64,000 nucleotides of DNA. Origin: Blasia pusilla (lineage: Eukaryota). Shown one piece after another: positions 48,710 through 59,253 of the stretch (positions are counted from its first letter, which is position 1; the number at the start of each line of letters is the position of its first letter). The translations under genes were made by a program, and so were the position numbers. The notes below the pieces were generated by a model. That model made no database searches and was not told where the DNA came from. It saw only the letters and a list, made by a program, of their open reading frames with translations. The stretch lies in NCBI GenBank assembly GCA_050084515.1, contig CM114271.1, forward strand, positions 45,756,001-45,820,000. Reading direction: 5' to 3'.

Positions 48710-50379
48710 TGTTAAGAGTATTAGTGTCGCTGCCCATTGCACGGCTTTCCAAAATTCGTATATTTTTGGCTATAGCAGTGGTACTTTATTGGCATCTAGA
48801 GCAACTAGATGTCATCACAGCTTACTTGAATGGTAAGCTTGAGGAGGAGAATATCTACATGACTATTCCAGAAGGGTTGATTGTTCCTGAGGAGTAGAAG
48901 GGGAAGGTACTCCGTCTTTTGCAAACTCTATATGGCTTGAAGCAAGCCGGCCGTGGATGGAATGAGAACTTGGATAGCTCTCTACAACATCTTGGATGGA
49001 AGCGCTCAAATTCAGATCCTTGTTTATACACAATGCAAATGGAAAGCTTCCTTTTGTTGCTTGCAGTTTATGTTGACGACTTGATAATCGGCGGCAAGAA
49101 CTTCAAGCTAATTGTGAAGAGCAAGGAGGAGTTGCAGAACAAGTACAAGATGAAGGATCTTGGAAAACTTTCATACTTTCTTGGTATCACCTTCATCCGT
49201 GACGAGAAAGCTGGCACAATTTATTTGAGTCAGGCAAAGTATATCCGAGAGAAATTGAGAGAATTCGGGTTTGAAAAGATAAAGCCTGCATCTACACCAA
49301 TGGAGGCAGGGCATTCTACGAATCATCTAAACGACTCATTGTTGGATAGTAAAGGTAAAGAGCTTTATCAAAGCGCAATGGGCTCTTTGCTCTACCTCGC
49401 AAACGGTACCAGGTACGATCTCTCATTTGCTTGCCAACATTTTGCGCAGTACATGGCATGTCCGCAACTATCACATTGGCAAGGAGTGAAACGGATTCTT
49501 CGATACCTACAAGGAACAAAGGATCTTGTCCTACTGTATGGAGGACAAAATGCGAGCTTGGAACTTTTAGGGTATAGTGATGCAGATTGGGGTGGATGTA
49601 GGGATAATCGTTGCTCTGTAGGAGGATACGCATTCCTTTTGGCAGGAGCGGCGGTGTCTTGGTCAAGTAAGAAGCAAAAAACTGTTTCCCTTTCTTCTAC
49701 TGAGGCGGAATATGTAGTTGCAAGCAATGCTACCAAGGAAGCTCTTTGGTTACGCAAGGCCTTAGGTGACCTTGGCGTCCTAAAACCAAAAGCTACCCTC
49801 ATCTATGAGGATAATCAATCATGCATTGCAATAGCAAAGAATCTTGCACATCACGGTTGCACGAAGCACTTTGATGTCAAGTACCATTTCCTGAGACAAC
49901 GAGTGGAAGCTAAGGAGATTATTGGCCTACGGAGGAGATGGCAGCTGATATTTTTACCAAGCCTCTTGGGAAGGCAAAGTTTGTTACTTGCAGGAACATG
50001 CTTGGCCTTGTAGAGGGACGTGCCCCTCTTATGGAGGAGGAGTGTTAAGAGTATTAGTGTCGCTGCCCATTGTGAGGGACACGTGTAGTTTGTCACATGT
50101 GTACTTACTATTATAAGAAAGAGGAAGTGGCATAAGGAAGCATGCTCATTCCCCCCTTTGAGTATGACAACTAGGATATAAAAAGGGTTCCCCTATTATA
50201 ATGTAGAAGCTAGTGAGATTCTAAGTCATCTCTAAAGAGGTGCTAGTTTGTGGCTTAGTAAGTCATTAGGAGGAGCTACTACATGACACATGGAGGAGAG
50301 GAACTTGTGAAGACGGTAGAAGGAGCTTCAAGACTTTTGAGTTTGCAACTCTTAATCTTGCATAGTGTCTTTTCTATTA
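48710..50379 (+). mobile_element. Internally deleted Ty1/copia element (29 bp of 5' LTR fused to RT-RNase H; 3' LTR 50043-50379)
   Basis: TGTTAAGAGTATTAGTGTCGCTGCCCATTG identical at 48710 and 50043; TSD AAAAG 48705-48709 and 50380-50384; PPT GGAGGAGGAG; LYGLKQAGRGW, VYVDDL, YSDADWG. Confidence 0.9.
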
Positions 50380-50605
50380 AAAAGCCCAAACCAATGGGCT
50401 TTTGCGAATGGTTCAGGTGTGAGAAACACCAACACTAGAGGTCCCGTCTCTGCAAATGTTGTTGATATTATCTTTAATTTAGCCTATAAGTATGACAATG
50501 AAAAGGGGGCAGATTTCAGTCTTTTCATTGGGCTTTATTCCATACCACTTTCCCCATTCTCCTCCGAGTTACGACGAGTGCATGGATGTCACGGTTTAGG
50601 GTGGA
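50380..50605 (+). promoter_or_regulatory. Candidate proximal promoter of fibrillin gene (site II TGGGCY motifs)
   Basis: AGCCCA ~50383, TGGGCT ~50395 and ~50529, TTTAGGG ~50595; short motifs only. Confidence 0.3.
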
Positions 50606-50844
50606 CGATTCGATTCCACGGCCCTTGTTGTCGTTGTTCTGGTGTGGAGAAACGGCCGTGACAGATCCGCACATCGCAGCTGCAGAAAACTATCCACGCT
50701 CGTCCATTCACAGCCTCAAAATGTGCGAGCGCACGCAGCAGATTGCTCAGCTCGCGAGCCCGTCGTCCTCCATCGTCTGTGGGCTGATCGGCGCGAGCGA
50801 TTCGGTCTCGGGGAGGGAGCTGCAAGGATCGGGGATCGTTGATC

Positions 50845-53800
50845 ATGGCCGTTATGGCTTCGGCCGTCAGTCCTCCATGGACTTTGGGAAGGTGGGAGAG
50901 CAATTGCAGGGCTTCTGCCATAGCCGCTGCCGTGCCCATGGTCCGAATTCGTCCCTCTGGCGCGCGTTGCTGCGGTGGGAAGCTCAGCGGGAAGAAGGGG
51001 ATTGGACCCATCGCTGTGAAGTGTGCGGCGTCGAGCAGCTCTGCTGTCCAAGAGGTGGCGCAGAGCAAAGAGGAATTGGCGTTGGTGGAAGCATTGCTGG
51101 GCATTCAAGGCCGCGGAAGAGTTGCATCAGCCAAACAGCTCCAAGTACGTCTTTACGATTCATGCCATTCCTGCCGTCGTTGAGCATGTCGCCGATCGCG
51201 AGCGTCGTGTCGCGGGATCATGAGCGTGAACAGCGCGACCGGCGATGCTGCTTTCACTCTTTCCATCTCTCGGCGAAGCAAGGAAAACCTGCGATGAATA
51301 TTTCTGTTGCTCGCAAGTCTGTGCCGAATTCTGGAAAGACGAGGAGGATTCGTTTGCACATGGGAGTCCATCTCCTAATCCACTGTCGAGTCTCAGAATC
51401 GAGGAAGTCCCATCCAGAGCGATGTGATTCCTTGGAAATTATATCTGGCTTAAAATCGTCAAACGCAGAGGATTTCGTGCAAGGAATTGTTGAAATGTAA
51501 CGCAACTTCTTGTGGATGGTGTCCACAGGCCGTCGAACAGGCTGTGAAGGATCTGGAAGCAGCGGAAGGGGTACCAGATCCTGTAAGGTTTTCACTGCTG
51601 GAATGCTCTCATCTGGTGTGGTAATGAAGACTGTAGAAGCTAACTGAAAGCAGTGGTCTGGATAACTCATACAATCCGAGCATGTGGACTCGAGTACATG
51701 AGCAGCAGAGGACTGAAGTAGGAATCAGAACTTCAGGAGGCTTTCCTGCGGTGGATGAATTCTTCATCTAATCTTTTGGAGGCTTGCGGTGCAGACCGAT
51801 TCTCCACTTCTTGAAGGGCGTTGGGAGCTCATGTTCACCACAAGGCCTGGGTCTGCATCACCAATTCAGGTCTTTTCCGAGCCTCTTCAACTCGTCATGT
51901 GCTCTGCACTGAATTCATTTTGAGAGCGTGGCTGCTTTAAGCTCCAGGGATTTTCGTCTGCTACATCAACACTTGCAGACCTGCGCTGCCTCCAGTGTGA
52001 TTGATATACGTCGTCATGCCCCGACACTGGTGTTATCGATTTCTCCCAAATGACTCGGTATCCACGAGAGCGTTGCGGTCTACTCCTGTGGCAGTAATTA
52101 ATGGGGAAGTCAGAAACCGAAGATGAAAAGAAAGTGACTAGGCTCAAAAGCAGTGCCTGCAGGGAAAACAATATCTCCTGCTCTGATGATTACTCTTCTG
52201 ATGGTATTGCTTCGTATTGGAGATGATGTGCGCAGCGAACTTTCGTTGGTGTGGATGCATTCACCGTCTTCCAGGAGATTTGCCTAACTGGCCCAGATCC
52301 ACGAGTGAGCAACATAGTGCAGGCATCGAAAGACATTGGCGAACTCAAAGTTGAGGTGAGGAAGCAGCTCCATCCTCTCAGCATGTGCCCATGTTTCTTA
52401 AGGCTTGTTTCATGGCCTGCACCTGCAGTGTGACAAAGATTCCAATGACAGTAGTCACGTAGGTCTCCTATTTTTGAGGTGTATGCCCATTTCCTGCTCT
52501 AGAGCCGTAAGCAAAGATACAAAAAATGGCACCTGCACGAGTCGCGCAACTAAAAACTATGTCTCTAACGACATTCACGCCTCACAATGTGGTACCCACT
52601 AGTGAGCCCTGACGCCATCAATTAGCCAAGGGGTTCGATCCAGTCGTGGATTCGCACATGTGAAAGTCTGAAGTGTGATTGTTCAACCTCGTTGTGTCAG
52701 GCAGTAGCTTCAAGAGAGAGTGGCAAGCGTATTCTCTTCCGATTTGTTAAAGCTGCTTTCTCCTTCAAGTTCCTCCCCTTCAAGGTGCCTTACCCAGTGC
52801 CGTTCAGGCTTCTGGGAGATGAAGCAAAAGGGTGGCTGGACACTACGTATCTGTCGCCATCGGGAACAATTCGGATCTCAAAAGGCAATAAAGTATGTAC
52901 TACGCACTCCAAGGGACTGCCTACTCAACTGCTTGTTTGAACTGTAGGAAGCTAATGCCTTGTTCATCTCTCTCGGTTTCGAAGTTCCGTTGCCATGTTG
53001 CGGAAGTCCATCATTGCTGTGCCAAATGTCTTATTTTTGAGGTAACACAGCTTGCTGCTTGTGATTAAGGAGTGCAGGGGTCCACGTTTGTTCTACAGAA
53101 GAACTTGGAACCACGCCAGCGGCTTCTTCAGGCCATCGCAACTGGGACTGAGATTGAGAAGGTGCTACTCAATAACCTCCCTCCTCGTGAAGGTGCCTTA
53201 CCATCATGACTTCGCATGTGTCGTGATTCGAAAGTCCATGAAACCATGAGCAAATAGAGTTATTCGAACCAAAAGTATATCTCATTGGTGAAACCCTAAA
53301 CAAATTAACAGAAAGTCATGAAGTCGTACCCTTTGCATGCATCCTAACGAGCTCTCTGAATTGCCGATGAATTCGGTTGCTTGGGAATTACTCCATCTAG
53401 AGGTTCCGTGGCAGGTGTGTACTGTAACAAATTTATATTTAACTTGAAATGAACTCTCTCACTCGGGACTTAACTTGACTCGACTCTGAAATTCTTCCCT
53501 CTTCGCAGGCAATAGAACAACTCAGATCGCTTAACCCAACCAAGAATGCGACGGACATGAGTAAATTAATAGGAAAATGGAAGCTGATATGGACCTCACA
53601 GGTACGGTTATCAGCGCTGACCTTGTCCCCCCCATCAACATCAACTTCACCTTCTGAGTGATGATAGAATGTGCACCAAGATCCTAATGAATCTTTTAAA
53701 TATACGAGTATAAAAACTGATGAAAACCTACTCTTGACACAGGCAGCTAATGCTAGCTGGATACAAAAGGCGTCTGTTGGTCTCAGCAATTGGCAGGTAT

Positions 53801-54668
53801 GCACATGCACTCCAACCCATCTGCTGAAAATTCTCACTATCACACAGAATGAGGATATGCAGTTTTTTATTAGTATGACCAATTCCAAAGGACTCTCTCA
53901 GACAGTGGATGATTATCATATCTCATCTTGGCTCCAACGGAGTCAGGGATTTTTTTTGACACGAGCAAGTTACATTCAAAACGGGTGCAGATTTACGCCG
54001 ACAAAGACAGACTAGAGAATCTAGTGGAACCTCTCCCAGGTGTCAAGCTGAGAGCAGGAGCCACCGTCCTGTGAGTAACAAACGCTGATATAGACTGTGA
54101 TTCTTGTTCTCCTGGCAGAAGTATGTGATTCCCTGTTGTTAACAGCCTATATAGTTGACTAGCCAGGGTAGCAATAAACTTCCCCAAGCAGATGATGCAT
54201 TCGAAGTGAAGTTCCAACAAACAAATGCCTAACTTGCTAACTTGGGAATCGACAGGCCCCTTTCAGATGAAAGACAAGACGTGAAGATCAAAGGTGCTAA
54301 GTTGGAGCTGGGCTCCTTAAGCATTCCTGTGAATATCACTGGAGAAGGCTTTGTAGATATACTGTATGTTCTTTACCCCTGACTGAGCACCTTTCTCCTC
54401 ACGTAGGCTTTCTCTCTATATGTATTCTGGATGTGCGCCGAAAATGCAGACAGCCCTGCTTCCTGAATACAAGCCATGATAATATTGGGGCTTTTGACCC
54501 TGACATTGGATGAAGACTACTTGTTCGTCACATCCTATGATTGATGGAAAGGTCATTGTACTGAGCACTTTGGCTGTTTGTTCTCGCAGGTATCTGGATA
54601 GTAGACTAAAAATCAGCCTTGGCAACAAAGGCAGTATGTTCGTGCATGTTCGAGAACCACAGGATTGA
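50845..54668 (+). CDS. FBN10: Plastid-lipid-associated protein/fibrillin with two PAP-fibrillin domains (FBN10/PAP12-like), 412 aa; exons 50845-51144, 51529-51582, 51795-51869, 52236-52355, 52701-52892, 53078-53161, 53509-53601, 53743-53796, 53991-54070, 54256-54363, 54590-54668
   Basis: Transit-peptide-like N-terminus; LLGIQGRGR; LEGRWELMFTTRPGSASPIQRTFVGVD; FKVPYPVPFRLLGDEAKGWLDTTYLS; second domain GKWKLIWTSQ..YLDSRLKISLGNKGSMFVH; all GT-AG; 1239 nt spliced without internal stop. Confidence 0.93.
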
Positions 54669-56184
54669 ACTCTCCAGATCGAGCACCGCACATATAGATG
54701 ATGAGATGTTGAGGTCGGGTGAACAAGCTCTATGGATAAGAGAAATAGCCTGGATCAAATCTGCAACCTGTGCTTCTGAAGTAGGAGCCGTAAGTCTCCT
54801 GTAGCACTTCTTACTCTACAGTTCTCTCTCCCTCTCCCTCTCGCTCTCTCTCCACAACAAGGCTACGACAGGCACTACTTAATGAGTACAGTCTCTCTCC
54901 ACAACCGAGAAAGACTTCTTTTGAAGCGGAAGGGCTTCAAAAGACTAAAGGAAAGGCTTCTTTTTAAGGATGTGTGCCGAGTGGATGTAAAGTAATAAGA
55001 ACTGCTTGCATGTAACATAAACTACCGTACTTTCCAATCGGGAAGTGGAAGAGCAGGAGTTGCACCTGCAAATTTACTACGTCAGCAAATCGCGAAATTG
55101 TGCCCGCACTGCATGTACTAATTTGTACCCGTTCTAAACCACAGTAACGATTTGATGCCATGTATCTGAGTTGGCTACTTGGCACCCTGATTAGCCGCGG
55201 GAAAGTGACACAGGACACAAACGCTCCCACTCGTGGGCAAAAAGTACAATTTGAATGACCAAAATGGTGACTTGTATGACTAGCGAATACGTCCTATCTT
55301 TCAACCAACATAAGGGGCAGAAGGATCCGATGAGAAGAAAGCTATAGGTAATTCCTCGCACCATCATCCGAACAACAATACTGATATAGAGATATATGCA
55401 TCCCGTACATCTGTTGTACTTCTCCATGAGTAAGGCAATAATAGACTGGACCCCGACATTTCAAAGTCTCTCTGCCCCGACGATGTTGCTTATCCCCAAA
55501 GCATTGGTCTTGGGAATGACCAGTGTCGGTCACTCCCAAGCAGTTCCCATGTGTGACTACTCCATACTCTGTGAAGTAGAAGTGGGAAGGAGAGGTTTTA
55601 CTTTTCATGACGTTTACTAAGCTCAATTTTCGCGCAAGAATGGAATTGAAACGAGGAGAATGAACCTCCGTTCCTCGGAAAATTACCATTCTCTCGGAGA
55701 GAGAAAGGATGGACTATAGGATAAGAAATCTGTTTGTCCACCCACCCAGAATGGGGGAAGTGTCCCATTAAATCGGATGGACATATGAAGGGGAGAATGA
55801 AGGATGAAAAGGAGGTTAGGTTAGGGTAACTAGTTAATGATGATTGAAGTGTTGGTACAGTATCACCTGTTTTTTGACGTTGTGAGATTAGTCAACGATC
55901 AGTGAAAATGCTTTCTTTAAATGACTGGTGTCAGATAGACTTCTCTTCCATACACGCAGATGAAGTTGTTTGATGATCTCGCCCTTACACAATGAACATG
56001 TGAAGAGGTTTCTGTCAGTTTGATGTCCACTTTCCTCAAGTCTCCTCGTCTAGGAAAACGATCTCGTAAGATCCGAAACCTCTTACGAGACCGTTTTCTC
56101 CCTGGCAGTTTAATATTTATCTTGACCCCACGAGATTGGACTACCTATTGATGCGAGCATTTATCTTTAGTCAGCCTCAACTAC

Positions 56185-56263
56185 GACCTCAGATGAATTA
56201 ACCGCTTAGTTCTCAGCATGATTTGCTTAGACGGCCGTTCTTATCGGATCATCATCACAGGCC
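56185..56263 (-). ncRNA. Box C/D snoRNA with guide to 18S rRNA helix 34 region
   Basis: C GTGATGA, D' CTAA, C' ATGCTGA, D CTGA, terminal GGCC/GGTC stem; guide TAAGAACGGCCGT pairs with 18S AUGGCCGUUCUUA. Confidence 0.75.
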
Positions 56264-56409
56264 ACGAGTGCATCATCAGGAAACGCTTCGGACGAAGTTT
56301 CATCACGATATCAAGATCATTGTTTCTTACCTTCTGGACCTGCAAGCACTTGTAGCAAGTTCATCGGGTATTCTCCGGCTAATTGAGAAAGTCCCACTCG
56401 CACGACAAT

Positions 56410-56484
56410 GAGCACTAAGAATGAGTAGGAGGTGGTTTCGACATCACCGGCGTTGCCTCAAACCATAATGTCATCATCGTGCTC
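56410..56484 (-). ncRNA. Box C/D snoRNA, 25S guide (SNORD76-equivalent site)
   Basis: 6-bp terminal stem GAGCAC/GTGCTC; C ATGATGA; variant D CTTA; guide CCTCCTACTCAT complementary to 25S AUGAGUAGGAGG. Confidence 0.7.
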
Positions 56485-57910
56485 TTGTCCTACGTTCTTG
56501 GCTCAGGAACGGGGGACAACTGCAAAGACAACATCAAAGTCTCTCCGACCCCTTGAAGACATGACCTGGCTGCCAAGGATTACAGCTGTGGGACCTAAGC
56601 ATCTGCTAATTCAGAGAGTATTCCAGTGGGAAATTGACCCGTCCTGCGGCCGATCGCTTCGACCTCCGCTTGTCGCCAGTCCATGCCGGGGACAAGCCAG
56701 GACATTGACATTTATATCAACTGGTATCGAAAGTGAAGCATAAGAGATTGAATTAGTCTGGAAGTCGACCTCTTGAAGCTCCACTTCCAGTAACAGATAG
56801 TTCGAGATCCGAAGTTGGGACAAAGATCCATGCATTCATGTCTACGATAATCAGCAAGCCAAGGTGATCCGGGAGGGTGACACAACGGTCGCACAAAGAA
56901 GCCAGAGGGGCTGGCACACGTCTATTTGGGCAGGAGAATTTCAATACAAGCACAGGCTACTTCCATGGCTCACCGTATACTAAACAAAGAATCCCGCTAC
57001 GCAAGGATGAACGGTGCACGTAGTGTAAAAGCATGAAATGTCTGAAAAGGCATGCAGTCCTCACGATAGTCAAGAAGCAAATCCTCGTAATCCCTCTCCA
57101 AAGATCGGAGGCGGATTTTGGGGCGGCAGAAGCATAAAATGAGCGGAGCGGGAGAAGCGTAAACATACTGGCTTCCCTGACGCTGTGCGGCCCATCTTAT
57201 GCTTCTCCCGCTCAGGGTTTGACACAGGGAAGACACCTCGTGGTGATTGGAGCTGTTGTGATTAGGGTTCCGGAATCCGGATTCCTTCGAAGTCGGCCGC
57301 TTGGAACACTTTGAGGCTTGAGCTCCTCAGAACGCCGTACAGTACACGGACCATCTACGGTGACCGTAACCCTAGCCAGCCCTAAAAGCTATGCAAAGCT
57401 TCGCGGCGCCGCATCAGAGTCCAATAGGGGATGCTGTGGTTCTGTGAAGGCAGCAGTGTGTTGCTGCGTGCTCCACTGGCACTCGGGATAATCTTATTAA
57501 GCATGCTCCCTCCCTCAAGTGGATGTTGGAGGCGCAGGGCTTCCATCTAGCGCTTGTTGTGTCCAGTGTCGACTTTGATCTTTGTAGATTTTCGATTCAG
57601 GTTGTCTCCATTCCGATGGTGTAGGTGCGGAGGCCTTAGGTCTTACACTGTGCTTCACCTCGCGCTGCTGATCGCCGAGGCATTAAGCCCACAGTAGATC
57701 GTTATTGGTTTCGGGACACTGCGATGATTTGGATGTGAGCAGAGCCATTTGGAAAAGAGAGTGGTCGACTTGGTAGCGCTACATGCTCAACCTCTAGGCC
57801 TTGATTGGTCACTTCAAAGTAATGCGTGTCTAACGGATACGGATATGTGTCATGTGTCGTTTCTTGCTTGTTAGATATGAGGTGACGTTCCCGGTTGTGC
57901 GCAATGATGA

Positions 57911-57994
57911 GGCAAGTGATGAGAAAGGTTTTACGGGTAATTTGCAACTGATCTCTGTGATGATCATATGCCTTCACCTTGGAGAACTGATGCC
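57911..57994 (+). ncRNA. snoR15: Double-guide box C/D snoRNA, snoR15-like (U16- plus U55-type guides)
   Basis: Stem GGCA/TGCC; C 57916-57922, D' 57948-57951, C' 57957-57963, D 57987-57990; GGGTAATTTGC pairs 18S GCAAAUUACCC; TTCACCTTGGAGA pairs 25S UCUCCAAGGUGAA. Confidence 0.88.
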
Positions 57995-58126
57995 TCTGAA
58001 ATTCTTGCCAGCCTCATATACCATTCCGTTTCGTTGTTGAACGAGATGACTAAGTTCTCAGTTTTCCGATTATGCGGAATGCCACCGCGTGGCACTCAGC
58101 TTCTCGGGAGAGAGCTTCTCACAATT

Positions 58127-58275
58127 GGCGCCATTTACCAATACCGAGAGTTTGAGCTTCTGCTCAGTCGTACTCTATGGTGCAATGGCTTTGGCGCTAT
58201 ATTAAATCCTGGAAATTCTAAACTCTGGGCAATTTCGATTGGTCCCCTGTGTTTCGGGAAAGCCAGGAAACAATC
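58127..58275 (+). ncRNA. Box H/ACA snoRNA copy 1
   Basis: Stem GCGCCA/TGGCGC, H box ATATTA 58199-58204, stem TCCTGG/CCAGGA, ACA 58270-58272; pockets fit 25S GGGCCAUUUUUGGUAA and UUUCCCUCAGGAU. Confidence 0.72.
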
Positions 58276-58390
58276 ATCCTCATCCGTAGTGCCCTCCTAC
58301 CAAATTACATGTACGTGACTTCTTTCAGGCGGATCTTTCTGCTCCAAACCTCATGGCACCCCGTCTCATGAGGCATAAGTCGTCTGTGAA

Positions 58391-58538
58391 GGCGCCATTA
58401 TACCAATACCGAGAGTTGGAGCTATACTCCGTCCTATTCTTTGGTGCAATGGCTTTGGCGCGAAAGGAAATCCTGGAAATTCTGAACTCCGCTAACGTGA
58501 GTTGGTCCTGTGTGTTCCGGGAAAGCCATGAAACATTC
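58391..58538 (+). ncRNA. Box H/ACA snoRNA copy 2 (paralogue)
   Basis: Same stems and pockets; H box AAAGGA 58463-58468; ACA 58533-58535; apical loops and flanks diverged from copy 1. Confidence 0.7.
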
Positions 58539-59136
58539 AATCTGCGCAGATTTTAACGCGCTGAATGTGCACAGAAATGAATGTAGATGGTACGTAATGA
58601 GGACCTCGAATCACACACTACCTGCGGCACAGGTAACGTGTGACCCTGCCGCCATTTCCATGATACCTAATGAAACTTCGAAATGCTTGAGATGTGGTAC
58701 CTACGTAGCAGAATTTGAGATTACGTAGGATTACGAAGCTGAGAACGTAGAAGTAGAAAGACATCGCCCAAAGATCATGAACTCACGCGGCCGTTGCACC
58801 CAAATGCACGTAGAACTGCGGTTGAAATCTCAGTCAGTAGATGTGTTGCATCTCGACGATCCAATCATAAGCGCTGTGGTTTGGATCCCAAGCCTCCAAA
58901 GCCCGTCCTAAGCTCGGAGTTCCTCCTCCTCCCCCCTCCGCATCAGGTCTCCTGTAAAATTCCTTCTACATATTATGTGTGAAGCCTAATCTATAGTATT
59001 AACGGAGCATGGGTGGCTAACTAGGGAAAGGAGAAAAGGAAAAAAAAGAGGCATGATGGCTATAAGAAGTGAAACCTGAATACCCTTAAAATACTCTCCC
59101 CTTCTACTGAAAGAGACCCTATTTACTCTCCCCCAA

Positions 59137-59253
59137 TTTGTGCCTCGTGCTGCGGTTAGAGTGGTCGGTTATTTTGTGCATCCAGGAAGATTTGTGCCTC
59201 GTGCCGCGGTTTGAATGGACGTTTATTTTGTGCGTCCAGGAAGATTCGTGCCT
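59137..59253. repeat. 54-bp tandem repeat, ~2.2 copies
   Basis: TTTGTGCCTCGTGC.GCGGTT..TTATTTTGTGC.TCCAGGAAGA repeated. Confidence 0.85.

Noticed and set aside
50586-51500. 304-aa plus-strand ORF and overlapping minus-strand ORFs
   Set aside because: Shadow frames of GC-rich fibrillin exon 1 and intron 1
56385-56396. GAGAAAGTCCC as RNase MRP/P CR-I
   Set aside because: No matching CR-V partner seen and the neighbouring RNAs are on the opposite strand
57640-57786. Additional H/ACA snoRNA
   Set aside because: Hairpin and ACA present but no well-placed H box or recognisable target; kept only as a candidate
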